24,769 nt of DNA from a virus (lineage: Duplodnaviria > Caudoviricetes), in IMG/VR virus record IMGVR_UViG_3300025288_000108, positions 1-24,769 of that record. One strand, written 5' to 3'. Made by a program: the position numbers and the translations under genes. The notes under the pieces were generated by a model. It had not been told where the DNA came from. It saw only the letters and a list, made by a program, of their open reading frames with translations, and ran no database searches. Of this stretch, positions 9,071 through 17,296 are shown piece by piece. Positions within the stretch are counted from its first letter, which is position 1; each line of letters begins with the position of its first letter.

Positions 9071-9131
9071 CGCCCATGCTGTGGGAGGGTGGGGAAAGTG
9101 AAAAGGGTGTCCGCCCGGGCTGCGGGAAGGA

Positions 9132-9341
9132 CTAAGATTTCAAGTCAATGTTTGGAAAGATGCCTTTCGGGTGCTCTGTCACCTTAGCATATTCCATCTT
9201 GCCGTTTCTTATAAAAACTTTGAGCTTGGTTTCGAATCGGGGAAAGGAGATCTCTATCTCGCCATGGTTGTACCCGTGGCGAAGCATATAGTCGAGCTCA
9301 ATGGAAGCGCTATTCTTTATTTCATCAGGCGTAGGGAACAT
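9132..9341 (-). CDS. Hypothetical protein (69 aa)
   Basis: ATG with GAGG RBS, same strand as the operon. Confidence 0.6.
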   Translation of the reverse strand: MFPTPDEIKNSASIELDYMLRHGYNHGEIEISFPRFETKLKVFIRNGKMEYAKVTEHPKGIFPNIDLKS

Positions 9342-9390
9342 GTTGGCCTCAATTGTAAGTTAATCCAGATGTTCTTGCAACTACGTTTTT

Positions 9391-9597
9391 TTAGCCTTTC
9401 ACCTTGCGCCAGTTGATAAAGGCTTTCTCAATTTTATCTCGTCCTATATAAAGTATTGTACACACTTCCTCTGCGGCTTGTAAACGCAGTTGTAAATATT
9501 GGATATATCCGGCAGCCTTACGATAGTCTGCGGATTTTCTTTTTCCTATTCGACGAGAGAACTTGCATATTTCCTTTAAAAATTCTAAATCATCCAT
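9391..9597 (-). CDS. Hypothetical protein (MDDLEFLKEICK...)
   Basis: Start moved to the ATG at 9597, which follows AAGGAGAAC. Confidence 0.55.
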   Translation of the reverse strand: MDDLEFLKEICKFSRRIGKRKSADYRKAAGYIQYLQLRLQAAEEVCTILYIGRDKIEKAFINWRKVKG

Positions 9598-9688
9598 TGT
9601 TCTCCTTCTCCTTCTTTCCCGTCTCAATCCACGCACGATGAACGATATGGTTCTTCAAGTGCCTTCCTTATCTCCATAATCCTATTGC

Positions 9689-9958
9689 TCATCTCCCCTC
9701 CTCCTTCATGAATTGATGCACCTCTTCCATTGTCGGGATATGGAGCACCCTTGACTGAGGATTTGCAGCAACCTTTTTTTCAAGGAGTACCACTCGCTCA
9801 AGCAGAGAAGCTTCCTTCTTTCTATTTTCCAGTTCAATAGCGTTTCCTATATGCAGAGCATATACAGGGACATCAGCGATAACTGCCTCCTGAAGGCGCT
9901 TCAATGCTTCTTTAAATTCTAAAATAGGCCCGAATTGATTTTTTCCATACTCAATCAT
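9689..9958 (-). CDS. Hypothetical protein (89 aa)
   Basis: GGAGGAG RBS and ATGA overlap with the upstream ORF. Confidence 0.65.
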   Translation of the reverse strand: MIEYGKNQFGPILEFKEALKRLQEAVIADVPVYALHIGNAIELENRKKEASLLERVVLLEKKVAANPQSRVLHIPTMEEVHQFMKEEGR

Positions 9959-10164
9959 CTCTCCTCCTCCTTCATCTTTTCATGGCGGGTATTCCATGCT
10001 TTGATGGCAGTTATTTTGATGTCCGCCCAATTTGTCAAAGGCTGAACGGGGCAGGTCTTGCGTAAGCAGGCGACCTGATACTGATAATCTCCTGAAGACC
10101 CTATGTATCTATAAACTTTTACTCGCCCTCCGCAAAACGGACATGATTTTAATTCTCCGCTCAT
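9955..10164 (-). CDS. Lar-family (restriction alleviation) zinc-ribbon protein
   Basis: ELKSCPFCGG...VAC...C...AIKAWNTR is the characteristic Lar-family pattern; ATG at 10164 after GGAGGAG. Confidence 0.75.
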   Translation of the reverse strand: MSGELKSCPFCGGRVKVYRYIGSSGDYQYQVACLRKTCPVQPLTNWADIKITAIKAWNTRHEKMKEEER

Positions 10165-10177
10165 CTCTCCTCCTCCT

Positions 10178-10390
10178 TTACCTTGCGCTCTTCTTTCTAT
10201 CATTTTTCCACCATGTATTCATGATTAATTCATAGCATTTAATCGAAATATCTTCCGCTTCTTTAAGCGTCGTAGACGAATGCGCATACATCCAGATGGC
10301 GGTATTAATGGCCACTTTTATATCTTCCCCTAAAGGTCCCTTAAGTTCTTCTTCTATTATATCCCCGCACGAATTATCTTCGTTTCTCAT
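10178..10390 (-). CDS. Hypothetical protein (70 aa)
   Basis: AGGAGG RBS; tightly packed in the minus-strand operon. Confidence 0.6.
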   Translation of the reverse strand: MRNEDNSCGDIIEEELKGPLGEDIKVAINTAIWMYAHSSTTLKEAEDISIKCYELIMNTWWKNDRKKSAR

Positions 10391-10404
10391 CTCTCCTCCT
10401 TCAT

Positions 10405-10623
10405 CTAAGAGCCAAAAGGTACTTGTCTTGTGTTATACTTATCTATGCACTCGGCCTTATCCTCTTCTCTGTATGAGAACGCCCACTGATACCCATACAT
10501 TTCAACCATCTTCACCCTTGCCTCGCCCATACTATCTGCCTCAATCGCTACATAGCAATTAGCGGCGCTCTCGCCATCGAGTAGAAACTGGTCAAAACCG
10601 AAGGTAAAATAAAAGGTTTTCAT
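10405..10623 (-). CDS. Hypothetical phage protein (MKTFYFTFG...WAFSY)
   Basis: AAGGAG RBS; FYFTFG...AR..M...YG..WAF.Y is a pattern I recognise from small uncharacterised phage proteins. Confidence 0.7.
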   Translation of the reverse strand: MKTFYFTFGFDQFLLDGESAANCYVAIEADSMGEARVKMVEMYGYQWAFSYREEDKAECIDKYNTRQVPFGS

Positions 10624-10790
10624 TTCTCCTTCTTCTTCGCGACCTCGATAATGGCACGATGAACGATGAGGTCATTGTCGTCCTCGCTCATATACCGAGC
10701 CTTATTACGATTGTTCCTCCAACTCAAATAGGCGTAGGCGACTATGCTGATAAGAGATAGGACTCCGTAGATGTATAGGATTTTTTTCAC
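10620..10790 (-). CDS. Small membrane protein (56 aa), not in the ORF track
   Basis: GTG start after GAGGT; translates MKKILYIYGVLSLISIVAYAYLSWRNNRNKARYMSEDDNDLIVHRAIIEVAKKKEK; 4-bp overlaps with both neighbours. Confidence 0.6.
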   Translation of the reverse strand: MKKILYIYGVLSLISIVAYAYLSWRNNRNKARYMSEDDNDLIVHRAIIEVAKKKEK

Positions 10791-10930
10791 TCGATTACCT
10801 CATAGGAACCCGTGAGCTTAATGGTGGCGATACAAGCGGCGGTTCTGTCTCTTAATGCCGATTTCTCATCAGGATGTAAATGTCCTACCCCCTTAGGATA
10901 GACATTTAAATATCTCTCCACTATCCTCAT
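10787..10930 (-). CDS. Small hypothetical protein (47 aa), not in the ORF track
   Basis: MRIVERYLNVYPKGVGHLHPDEKSALRDRTAACIATIKLTGSYEVIE; fills the gap exactly with ATGA and GTGA overlaps. Confidence 0.55.
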   Translation of the reverse strand: MRIVERYLNVYPKGVGHLHPDEKSALRDRTAACIATIKLTGSYEVIE

Positions 10931-11367
10931 CCAAGCACTTCTTCTTCTTCGAGAGAAATCCGGTCCTCCTCCTCTCCCCCAGGGTCAAGGACCATGTGCA
11001 TCTGCCGGTCCTCATGGGTAATCCTGCCGACCTTGATCTCTTCGTCAGTGTCGAGCCTCACAAGCACCTTGTCGCCGGTCTCCCAGTTAAACTCCCACAC
11101 ACATTCAACCGGCCTGTGCTCGCCTTCGTTAATGACCTGGTAAAGCTCCTCGATCGCAGTCTCCAGTACGGATATCTGACCATTGAATCTCGAGTTGGTA
11201 TCCTTCTTCTGCTGCTCTACCTCAGCTTTGCTCTGCAAGTAGCCCGCCAGCTTGTGGGCCGCCTCGGCAAGCTCCTCGGCGTTAAGCTGCACAGGGAAGT
11301 CTTCCGTAAAGACATCCGACCTCATTACTTTTGCGAATATCTTCTCTTCGATTTCATTCTCTTTCAT
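10927..11367 (-). CDS. Hypothetical coiled-coil phage protein (146 aa)
   Basis: Start moved to ATG 11367 after AAAGGAG; helical segment followed by RPVECVWEFNWETGDKVLVRLDTDE. Confidence 0.7.
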   Translation of the reverse strand: MKENEIEEKIFAKVMRSDVFTEDFPVQLNAEELAEAAHKLAGYLQSKAEVEQQKKDTNSRFNGQISVLETAIEELYQVINEGEHRPVECVWEFNWETGDKVLVRLDTDEEIKVGRITHEDRQMHMVLDPGGEEEDRISLEEEEVLG

Positions 11368-11395
11368 TTTGCACTCTCCTTTGGTTTGAGGTTTT

Positions 11396-12763
11396 TTAAA
11401 ACGGCACGTTATCATCTTTGTCTTGCGCTTCTGAAATCGGGTCTTCGTGCATATTGCTAAAACGTATGCAATGTCGGTTCCAGCGGAGGCTAAACTCCCC
11501 GAGGGTGCCATTCCTGTTTTTCAAGATTTCAAATTCGGCAATGCCTTTGTCTGGAGTATTTTTGTCGTAATACTCAGGGCGATAGATAGATATGATGATA
11601 TCGGCAACCTGCTCTATGGCTCCGGATTCTCTCATATCCGACAGCTTTGGTTTTGGCGGGGTCCTGCGCTCAACTTCCCGGTTAAGCTGGCTTGTCAGTA
11701 CGACCGGGGTGTCGAGCTCTTTCGCCATGTCTTTCAGATTACTCACCATGAAGTCTATTTCCAGATTCCGGTTTTCAAATCTTCTCGACTCCCTCATGGC
11801 CTGAAGATGGTCCACAAAAATAACATCGAGCCCGTGCTCTCTTTTCATCTTCCTTGCCTGGCGCATTATTTCCGTTGAGGACTTAGCATTCTCGTCGATA
11901 AAGATATTTGTTGAACTTACCATATCGACCACTTTTTTGAGTTGTGTCATATCATCAAACCTGCCATCCCTAAAGCGGTGAGTATTCATTTTCCCCTGGC
12001 AGGCAAGGATGTTTTTTACGAGTTGCCGCTTCCCCACCTCGACTGGGAAGATGCCGACTTTATACCCCTGAAGCGCCATATGGCTTGCTATCTGAATGAC
12101 ATTGGCACTTTTGCCTTGAGAGGGCCTTCCCGCCACCACGATCAAATCGGTCTTCTGAAAACCCCCAGTCAAATCGTTCAACTCAAAAAAACCAGTTGAC
12201 AGGCCTGAAAGGAAACAGGCTCCATCATTCTCTTGGATAAGTTTGAGCCCCTCGTATATCTCGTGGGCCACGCCACCGATATGCTCATACGGTTTTGTGA
12301 TGGCCATTGAAACTCCAAGGATGTCGCGCTGGGCCCTGTCTATGACATCCTCCAGCGCCATCTGTCCACCATACAAATCCTCAAGCATACCCGTGGCCTT
12401 CGAGATGAGACCCCTCTTGACCGAGAGATCCCTGACTATCTTCACGTAATGACCGACATTGGCCGCCGTAGGGGTTGCCTCCACAACTTCAACCACGTAT
12501 GCGATGCCGCCTACCGCCTTCAGGCACTCAGAGTCTTTCAGGATGCCCGAGATAGTCACGATGTCGATTGGAATACGCTTATCGTAAAGGGTGGCCGCAG
12601 CCCTAAAAATCTCCTTGTGGGCAGGGTGCATGAAATCAGCGCCGTCCTCAGACAGGGTCTCGAGAACCTTTACCATGGCATCCCCATCCAGGAACATCGC
12701 TCCGAGGACAGACTGCTCAGCCTCATGATTATGGGGGAGCACCTGCCCCGCCTTTTTACTCAT
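11396..12763 (-). CDS. dnaB: Replicative DNA helicase DnaB
   Basis: LPHNHEAEQSVLGA N-terminus, Walker A VAGRPSQGKS, VIFVDHLQ, LTSQLNREVE, PKLSDMRESGAIEQVADI, ILKNRNG. Start is ATG 12763 or GTG 12769 (AAAGGAG RBS), not 12910. Confidence 0.97.
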   Translation of the reverse strand: MSKKAGQVLPHNHEAEQSVLGAMFLDGDAMVKVLETLSEDGADFMHPAHKEIFRAAATLYDKRIPIDIVTISGILKDSECLKAVGGIAYVVEVVEATPTAANVGHYVKIVRDLSVKRGLISKATGMLEDLYGGQMALEDVIDRAQRDILGVSMAITKPYEHIGGVAHEIYEGLKLIQENDGACFLSGLSTGFFELNDLTGGFQKTDLIVVAGRPSQGKSANVIQIASHMALQGYKVGIFPVEVGKRQLVKNILACQGKMNTHRFRDGRFDDMTQLKKVVDMVSSTNIFIDENAKSSTEIMRQARKMKREHGLDVIFVDHLQAMRESRRFENRNLEIDFMVSNLKDMAKELDTPVVLTSQLNREVERRTPPKPKLSDMRESGAIEQVADIIISIYRPEYYDKNTPDKGIAEFEILKNRNGTLGEFSLRWNRHCIRFSNMHEDPISEAQDKDDNVPF

Positions 12764-13149
12764 CGCCACGTAAATACTCCTTTGAGCAGGCATGGAAGCC
12801 TGCGAGCCCTGTATCTGGTCTTGCGACTCCTCCTCCCCCTTCTCAGGCTCCTTCGAGACGCAAGTGCCATGCGGATAGCGTCTCCTCTGTGCTTGAGATT
12901 GCCCGCCCAAACAACAGCCGCTCCCCTCTTAAAACTTGCTACGAGCGCAATCCCTGAAACCTTGGAGCCGGGATCGACCTTCACTTCGACCGGCTGTACT
13001 TCTCCGTCCTCGCGATATTTGAGGATGATGGTAAAAGGAACCTTGCGGTATACCGCCGCCCTCCCTTTTCTCAAAAGCTCCCTCGCCCTCGCAGGGTGGC
13101 AGGGCATGAGGGGCTTTTTCGTGGAACTCAAAACCAGGACTCTTTGCAT
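12760..13149 (-). pseudogene. iscB: Truncated IscB (PLMP/RRXRR domain, RuvC-I and bridge helix only; 129 aa)
   Basis: VLVLSSTKKPLMPCHPARARELL, VPFTIIL, KVDPGSKVSGIAL, RRSLRRGRRSRKTRYRARR; then 11 unrelated residues and a stop. No HNH, RuvC-II or RuvC-III. Confidence 0.9.
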
Positions 13150-13154
13150 TTGAA

Positions 13155-13426
13155 AGCTACCTCTCTTTCGACTCGGCTTGCGCCGGTTAAGGTCTCCTCG
13201 CCAAAGTTACGGGGTGGTTTTACGCAGAAAGCACTGGCCGTTTTTCCGGTCCGTCCTGTTTAACTTCCTGTCGCAGAGTCCGGGACTGGAGAAGTATCCC
13301 GGAGTGCCTATCTATTCACCCCTAACGTAGCCCCCCGAAGGGACTGAGGCTGGTTGAGTCTGACAAAATGACGACTGAGCAAACACAGGGACGTGCGAAG
13401 CTCAAAAGTCAAGCCGGGGACTCAAC
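13155..13426 (-). ncRNA. omegaRNA (HEARO-type) scaffold of the IscB element
   Basis: Non-coding stretch directly upstream of iscB with typical elements on the minus strand: GTTGAGTC...GACTCAAC stem, ACCAGCCTCAG, CTACGTT, ATAGGCACTCCGGGATACTTCTCCAGTCCCGGACTCTGCG, GTTAAACAG, TTGGCGAGGAGACC. The 3' boundary is approximate. Confidence 0.85.
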
Positions 13427-13708
13427 TCGGTAACATTCTCCACACTTGCCGTCTATCCAGCTCGAGTAGTCCCTGCTTTTACATACCGGGCACGCTCTTC
13501 GTTCCAGCCCACGGTATTGCAGGAAGACGGCCGGCGCCGGGAAGAACCTCTCGGTCGCTATCAGCTTATCGACCACCATCGCAAGCCATTCGTCTGAAAA
13601 ACCATTAAGCTGTTCCCAGTAGACCCTCAGAGTCTCCTCGGAGCAAGGGGAGCTCCGGTAAGCCGACTCCAGTTTGCGTATCTGGTTAAAGAATTTCTTT
13701 TTATCCAT
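13409..13708 (-). CDS. Putative helicase loader/inhibitor (G39P or lambda P N-terminal-like) with C-terminal Cys4 ribbon
   Basis: VYWEQL...ERFFPAPAVF motif; located between initiator and DnaB; CPVC...CGEC tail. Confidence 0.6.
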   Translation of the reverse strand: MDKKKFFNQIRKLESAYRSSPCSEETLRVYWEQLNGFSDEWLAMVVDKLIATERFFPAPAVFLQYRGLERRACPVCKSRDYSSWIDGKCGECYRVESPA

Positions 13709-14492
13709 CGTCGGCCCCCGCTCCTAAAAATTTTCTTCTTCGCTCATCCTCATCCACGCCGCTCTTTTTCTTAATCTCAGGCTCTATCCAGTCTTTCCAC
13801 GGTTGCCCAGAGAAGTCCGTGCCGATAAAGTTTTTCGGATCGAGTATCCCTATGCCATCCTTTACCCTCTCGCTTGCGGCATAATTCTTTGCGGCCTGGA
13901 TAAGCAAGGGCCAATCGTCTTGAGGTACCATGCAGAAGCGCCGGAAGGTTTCTTGTTGCCCAAGCTTCTTACCGTTCCTTAAGGGGAGAGACTCCCATAT
14001 CTGCTCAAAGGCTTCTTCTTGCTTAAGGGTTCCGGTAGAGGTCTTTGAGATTTCTTGTTTTTCAGGATAAGGTTCTTCTCGCGCGCGCGCAGTAGTGTCT
14101 TTATCTTCTTCTTCTTCTTCTTCTTTCTCTTCTTCTATATAGGGAGCAAGTTTCTTGCAAGAGGCTTGCAAGTCTTTTGTATAATTATCCTTTATTTCCG
14201 CCATCTTAGGAAAATGTATCTCCCAGTTTTTTTCAGAATAGTTGACCGTAAGTCGGAGATGTGTCTGACAGAAGTCCAACACCTCTCGGAGTTTAGTCGG
14301 AGATGTCCTCAACTTCCGTCGGAGATATGTCGGACTTATCTCGACCTTTCCGGTGATTTCGTTTTTGTTTTCTTTGGCAATAATTTCGATAAGGCCGAAC
14401 CAAACGACATAGCCTAAATGTGAAAAATTATCCATCAGATCATGGATAAAAGGGTCGTCAAGACTATCGGACATATGTTTAAACCAACGCAA
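13701..14492 (-). CDS. Phage replication initiator (DUF4373/Lin1244-like N-terminus)
   Basis: TTG start at 14492 after GGGGG; RWFKHMSDSLDDPFI...LGYVVWFGLIEII; acidic linker EEEKEEEEEEDKD-TTARARE; C-terminal FEQIWESLP...PKNFI...WKDW; internal repeats. Confidence 0.8.
   Translation of the reverse strand: MRWFKHMSDSLDDPFIHDLMDNFSHLGYVVWFGLIEIIAKENKNEITGKVEISPTYLRRKLRTSPTKLREVLDFCQTHLRLTVNYSEKNWEIHFPKMAEIKDNYTKDLQASCKKLAPYIEEEKEEEEEEDKDTTARAREEPYPEKQEISKTSTGTLKQEEAFEQIWESLPLRNGKKLGQQETFRRFCMVPQDDWPLLIQAAKNYAASERVKDGIGILDPKNFIGTDFSGQPWKDWIEPEIKKKSGVDEDERRRKFLGAGADDG
14146..14350. repeat. Two 11-bp-period repeat tracts (putative origin iterons)
   Basis: GCAAG at 14146, 14157, 14168; GTCGGA-type units at 14252, 14285, 14296, 14318, 14329 with degenerate copies in the same register. 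Confidence 0.75.
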
Positions 14493-14505
14493 TTTTAATC
14501 CCCCC

Positions 14506-14685
14506 TTAGAAAGAGCTTTTCGATATAATTCCATCTTGAGGATTAAAATAAACCCACTGGTTAGGGCACATACAATCATCGCACAAATAGCCGTGTGCGA
14601 TTGCCTCTATGTCGGATAAGATAATAATCTCCTCGACTTGGAAACGCCCTTCAGCTTTAGGCATTATTAATATTTTATAGGTCAT
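14506..14685 (-). CDS. Hypothetical Cys-containing protein
   Basis: Likely ATG at 14685 after GGAG; contains CDDCMC; start uncertain. Confidence 0.45.
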   Translation of the reverse strand: MTYKILIMPKAEGRFQVEEIIILSDIEAIAHGYLCDDCMCPNQWVYFNPQDGIISKSSF

Positions 14686-14710
14686 ATTTATCTCCATTAC
14701 CTTCATATCT

Positions 14711-14920
14711 CTAATCTTTTGACAAGCGCTGTTTGATAACCGCCATCTCATCTTCCTCGGCCTCCGCGTACTCCGCTATCTGCTCAAGGTGCTCCGGATG
14801 CTCGAGGAAGTAGTGGTCCTTCAGCTTTGAGAAGCCGTTGGAGGCCCCTTTGTGGCCTTTTTTCTTCAGCCACATGGGGGTATTCCAACAACAGAGTTTA
14901 CATTTAAGTTGGCTGCTCAT
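14711..14920 (-). CDS. Hypothetical C2H2 zinc-finger-like protein
   Basis: CKLC...LKDHYFLEH; start taken at ATG 14920. Confidence 0.55.
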   Translation of the reverse strand: MSSQLKCKLCCWNTPMWLKKKGHKGASNGFSKLKDHYFLEHPEHLEQIAEYAEAEEDEMAVIKQRLSKD

Positions 14921-15044
14921 TGGTCTTCTCTTGGACAATCTTCTTCACCCTCGGCGCCCTCGGCTTAGAGACCCTCTTCGGCTTGTGCTTAAGGTGGTAC
15001 TGCGGGAGAAACTTCCTTACAAGAAACCTTACAAACTTTTCCAT
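14904..15044 (-). CDS. Small basic protein (46 aa), not in the ORF track
   Basis: AGGAGG RBS; MEKFVRFLVRKFLPQYHLKHKPKRVSKPRAPRVKKIVQEKTNEQPT. Confidence 0.5.
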   Translation of the reverse strand: MEKFVRFLVRKFLPQYHLKHKPKRVSKPRAPRVKKIVQEKTNEQPT

Positions 15045-15090
15045 TTTCAACATCCTCCTATTAAGTGTTTTTAGGTACTACTCTGTGAAA

Positions 15091-16173
15091 TTATAAAGCA
15101 ACCAGGTCATGAAAGACGACCACCTGCTTCTTTCTGTCTATTATCTCGTTGGCCTTTTTGTAACCGTGTTCTCCGAGCACCCGGTAATAAGCCTCCTCGC
15201 CTACCCTCGTCTTCTGTTCCGCCATGGCCTCGAGGAATGGATCCTTTTTGGCTGAGGGCTTGGTATCGTTGGCCGTCTCGCCGGAATCCGTTGTCTGAGC
15301 GACCTGAGCGGCCGCAGGAGCTTCTTTCTTGGCCTCCCTCTGCCCACCCTCTGTTGGAGGGGCTTCAGGCTCGCTGGCAGGAGCCTGGCCTTCAGGGAGG
15401 CCCTTAGTCCCCGTTTCAGGCTCATCATCTATTACCTCGATTGGGGTGTCTGTCATAACCCCTTCCATTACAGGCTCATCGAGGACGAAGTTCTGTTGCC
15501 TGTCGAGTATCCGCTTTGTATCTGAGCGGATTGCGTTGGTCTGGGCTATGGATGCCGTCGGGTAGAGCTTGACAGGCCAGTGTGTCTGCATCTTCCCTGT
15601 GGCCGGGTCGGGTATCTTCATCTCCTCGCGCCGGATTTCCATCGGGACCCAAGAGATTCTCCCAAAGAGGTACTTCGCCATCTCTATGCCGGAGCGGATG
15701 TCTATATCCGAGTTTATGCTGCCCGTGCTCAGTTGGTAGCAAGCCCCACAGTTGATGTCGGGTAAGACGAACATCATGTCGGTTCGAGCGCTGCACTTGT
15801 TTTTCTTCCCGAAATCGCAGTTGTCAGGGGAAGGGCATTTTATCTCCTCTATGCTGCCATTCTCGTCTCTCCGGGCTGCCGTTTCCCCGTCACCCTGGCA
15901 CTTGAGTTTCTGATTCCCGCCGTAGCAGCCATAATATTGACGCAGGAACATTTCCTCATCCTCAACCGGGATCATAACCGGGAGAGCCTTAGGCTCCTTG
16001 CCATACCGGGCCTGGACTTCCTCAGACACCACGAAGTAATCGACTTCGGTCGGGTATTCCTTGCCGGACTTGGCGACCCTTTTTATGCCAAGCCTTATTT
16101 TGCCGATTCGAGGAAGCCTGATTACATTTTGGGGCTTATCTACGCCCTTTATTCTTGTGTACCTTTTTGCCAT
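15091..16173 (-). CDS. Gp3-like (recombination directionality factor family) phage recombination/replication protein
   Basis: RLPRIGKIRLG...YPTEVDYF, LKCQGDGETA, CPSPDNC...C, YQLSTGSINS; directly downstream of an exonuclease gene. Confidence 0.75.
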   Translation of the reverse strand: MAKRYTRIKGVDKPQNVIRLPRIGKIRLGIKRVAKSGKEYPTEVDYFVVSEEVQARYGKEPKALPVMIPVEDEEMFLRQYYGCYGGNQKLKCQGDGETAARRDENGSIEEIKCPSPDNCDFGKKNKCSARTDMMFVLPDINCGACYQLSTGSINSDIDIRSGIEMAKYLFGRISWVPMEIRREEMKIPDPATGKMQTHWPVKLYPTASIAQTNAIRSDTKRILDRQQNFVLDEPVMEGVMTDTPIEVIDDEPETGTKGLPEGQAPASEPEAPPTEGGQREAKKEAPAAAQVAQTTDSGETANDTKPSAKKDPFLEAMAEQKTRVGEEAYYRVLGEHGYKKANEIIDRKKQVVVFHDLVAL

Positions 16174-17296
16174 GGCCTTCTTCCTCCTTTATTTTTTTAA
16201 TTTTAAGCCTCTCGGTTGGCACCAATGGGGAACACGCCTTATACATCCCGGGAGGCAGTAATTCTTTTTCGAACTTGGGTTTCACCTCTATCTCCCAGTC
16301 TATGGTGTATTCATTTGTCCGGCCAGATCTGACGCCCTGTTGCGAGAGGAGTGCTTTGATCTGCTTTTTAAGATCTTCGCGCTCCTTCTTCGTCTCGCTT
16401 TCTTCGGCGGCTTTTTGTCTCTCGTACCTAATGGCGGTAGAGATCTCTTCATCAAGGGCGACGTCCTGCGTGAGCTGCTGATGCTCCTCGGCCCAGCCAG
16501 CCCAACAAATGGTAGTGAAGGGGCAATACCCGCAACGCCACGAGTCGATGTCGTATTGACGCTCCGGGAGTGTCCCTTCAATCCTATGCCTTTCGATCTC
16601 CGCGAACCTGGCAAAAGCGTTCTCCGTAATATCCGGCACAACAAGCCCTATATCTTCCCTTTCGCCGAGGTGGTTAACCCTCTCTATGACGGTCAGAGTA
16701 TCTATCTTCGCTTCATATAGGCTCCTGAACTCAAGGAAGCCCGAGGTGTTCTTGTTCTTTATGAGGAGTATTCCTTCCTTACAGTCGGGTTGATCTTGCT
16801 GCGTCCCCCTTAAGTAGATGGCCTTTTGTGTCAAGTTGTCGTGGGGGATCTGTCCACCCCAAAGGGCCTCGGCTGTAAAGTGCGCATAGCCCTTGTGTTC
16901 CACAAGCCTGTCTACGCCAGGGGTGTCCTGAATCATAAAGTCGATATGCCCGTGTATGTCTCGATAAGGGATATCGTGGTCGCAAACTGCGCAATGCCAA
17001 GAACCTTGAGGCATCCAGTGGAGTATCCCGGCGATAGAGACAGGCATCTGCTCGCTGTGGACAAGGTACGACGACTTGCGCAGCCAATCAGCCGTGAGCT
17101 CCTCGTGCCAGACCCCGTCATTAAAAACGGCGATAGCCCTCCCGGGCAGAGGCTTTTTCTTCTCGCCCTGCGCCCAATACACCGTCTGTCTCAGGCACCT
17201 TTCCGGGCCGGCGATTGAGGGACGTGGGTAGTAGGGCTTGTCGTCTTCGCTTGCATGTTCCCTTGCTGCGATAAGGTGAATGATATCAGCCAGCAT
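16136..17296 (-). CDS. Cas4-like PD-(D/E)xK exonuclease with Fe-S type cysteines
   Basis: RPSIAGPERCLRQ, G..HE, GHIDF...LVEHK, Q..IY, CGYCPFTTICW; start moved to ATG 17296 after GGGGAG. Confidence 0.8.
   Translation of the reverse strand: MLADIIHLIAAREHASEDDKPYYPRPSIAGPERCLRQTVYWAQGEKKKPLPGRAIAVFNDGVWHEELTADWLRKSSYLVHSEQMPVSIAGILHWMPQGSWHCAVCDHDIPYRDIHGHIDFMIQDTPGVDRLVEHKGYAHFTAEALWGGQIPHDNLTQKAIYLRGTQQDQPDCKEGILLIKNKNTSGFLEFRSLYEAKIDTLTVIERVNHLGEREDIGLVVPDITENAFARFAEIERHRIEGTLPERQYDIDSWRCGYCPFTTICWAGWAEEHQQLTQDVALDEEISTAIRYERQKAAEESETKKEREDLKKQIKALLSQQGVRSGRTNEYTIDWEIEVKPKFEKELLPPGMYKACSPLVPTERLKIKKIKEEEGHGKKVHKNKGRR

Noticed and set aside
9083-9130. G-run cluster upstream of terL as a G-quadruplex or pac site
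   Set aside because: G runs are present, but one loop is long and there is no independent evidence for a packaging site.
10877-10908. Inverted repeat TAAATGTC...GACATTTA
   Set aside because: It lies inside a probable small ORF, has no U tract and no second copy; may be chance.
12764-12910. N-terminal extension of DnaB or an IscB-DnaB frameshift fusion
   Set aside because: The extension is an alternative frame of the iscB remnant; DnaB homology and a good RBS begin at 12763-12769, and I saw no clear slippery site.
16136-17296. Cas4-like gene as an adaptation module for the RAMP/array locus
   Set aside because: Cas4-like exonucleases paired with recombination proteins are common in phage replication modules; no cas1/cas2 is present and nothing but proximity links them.
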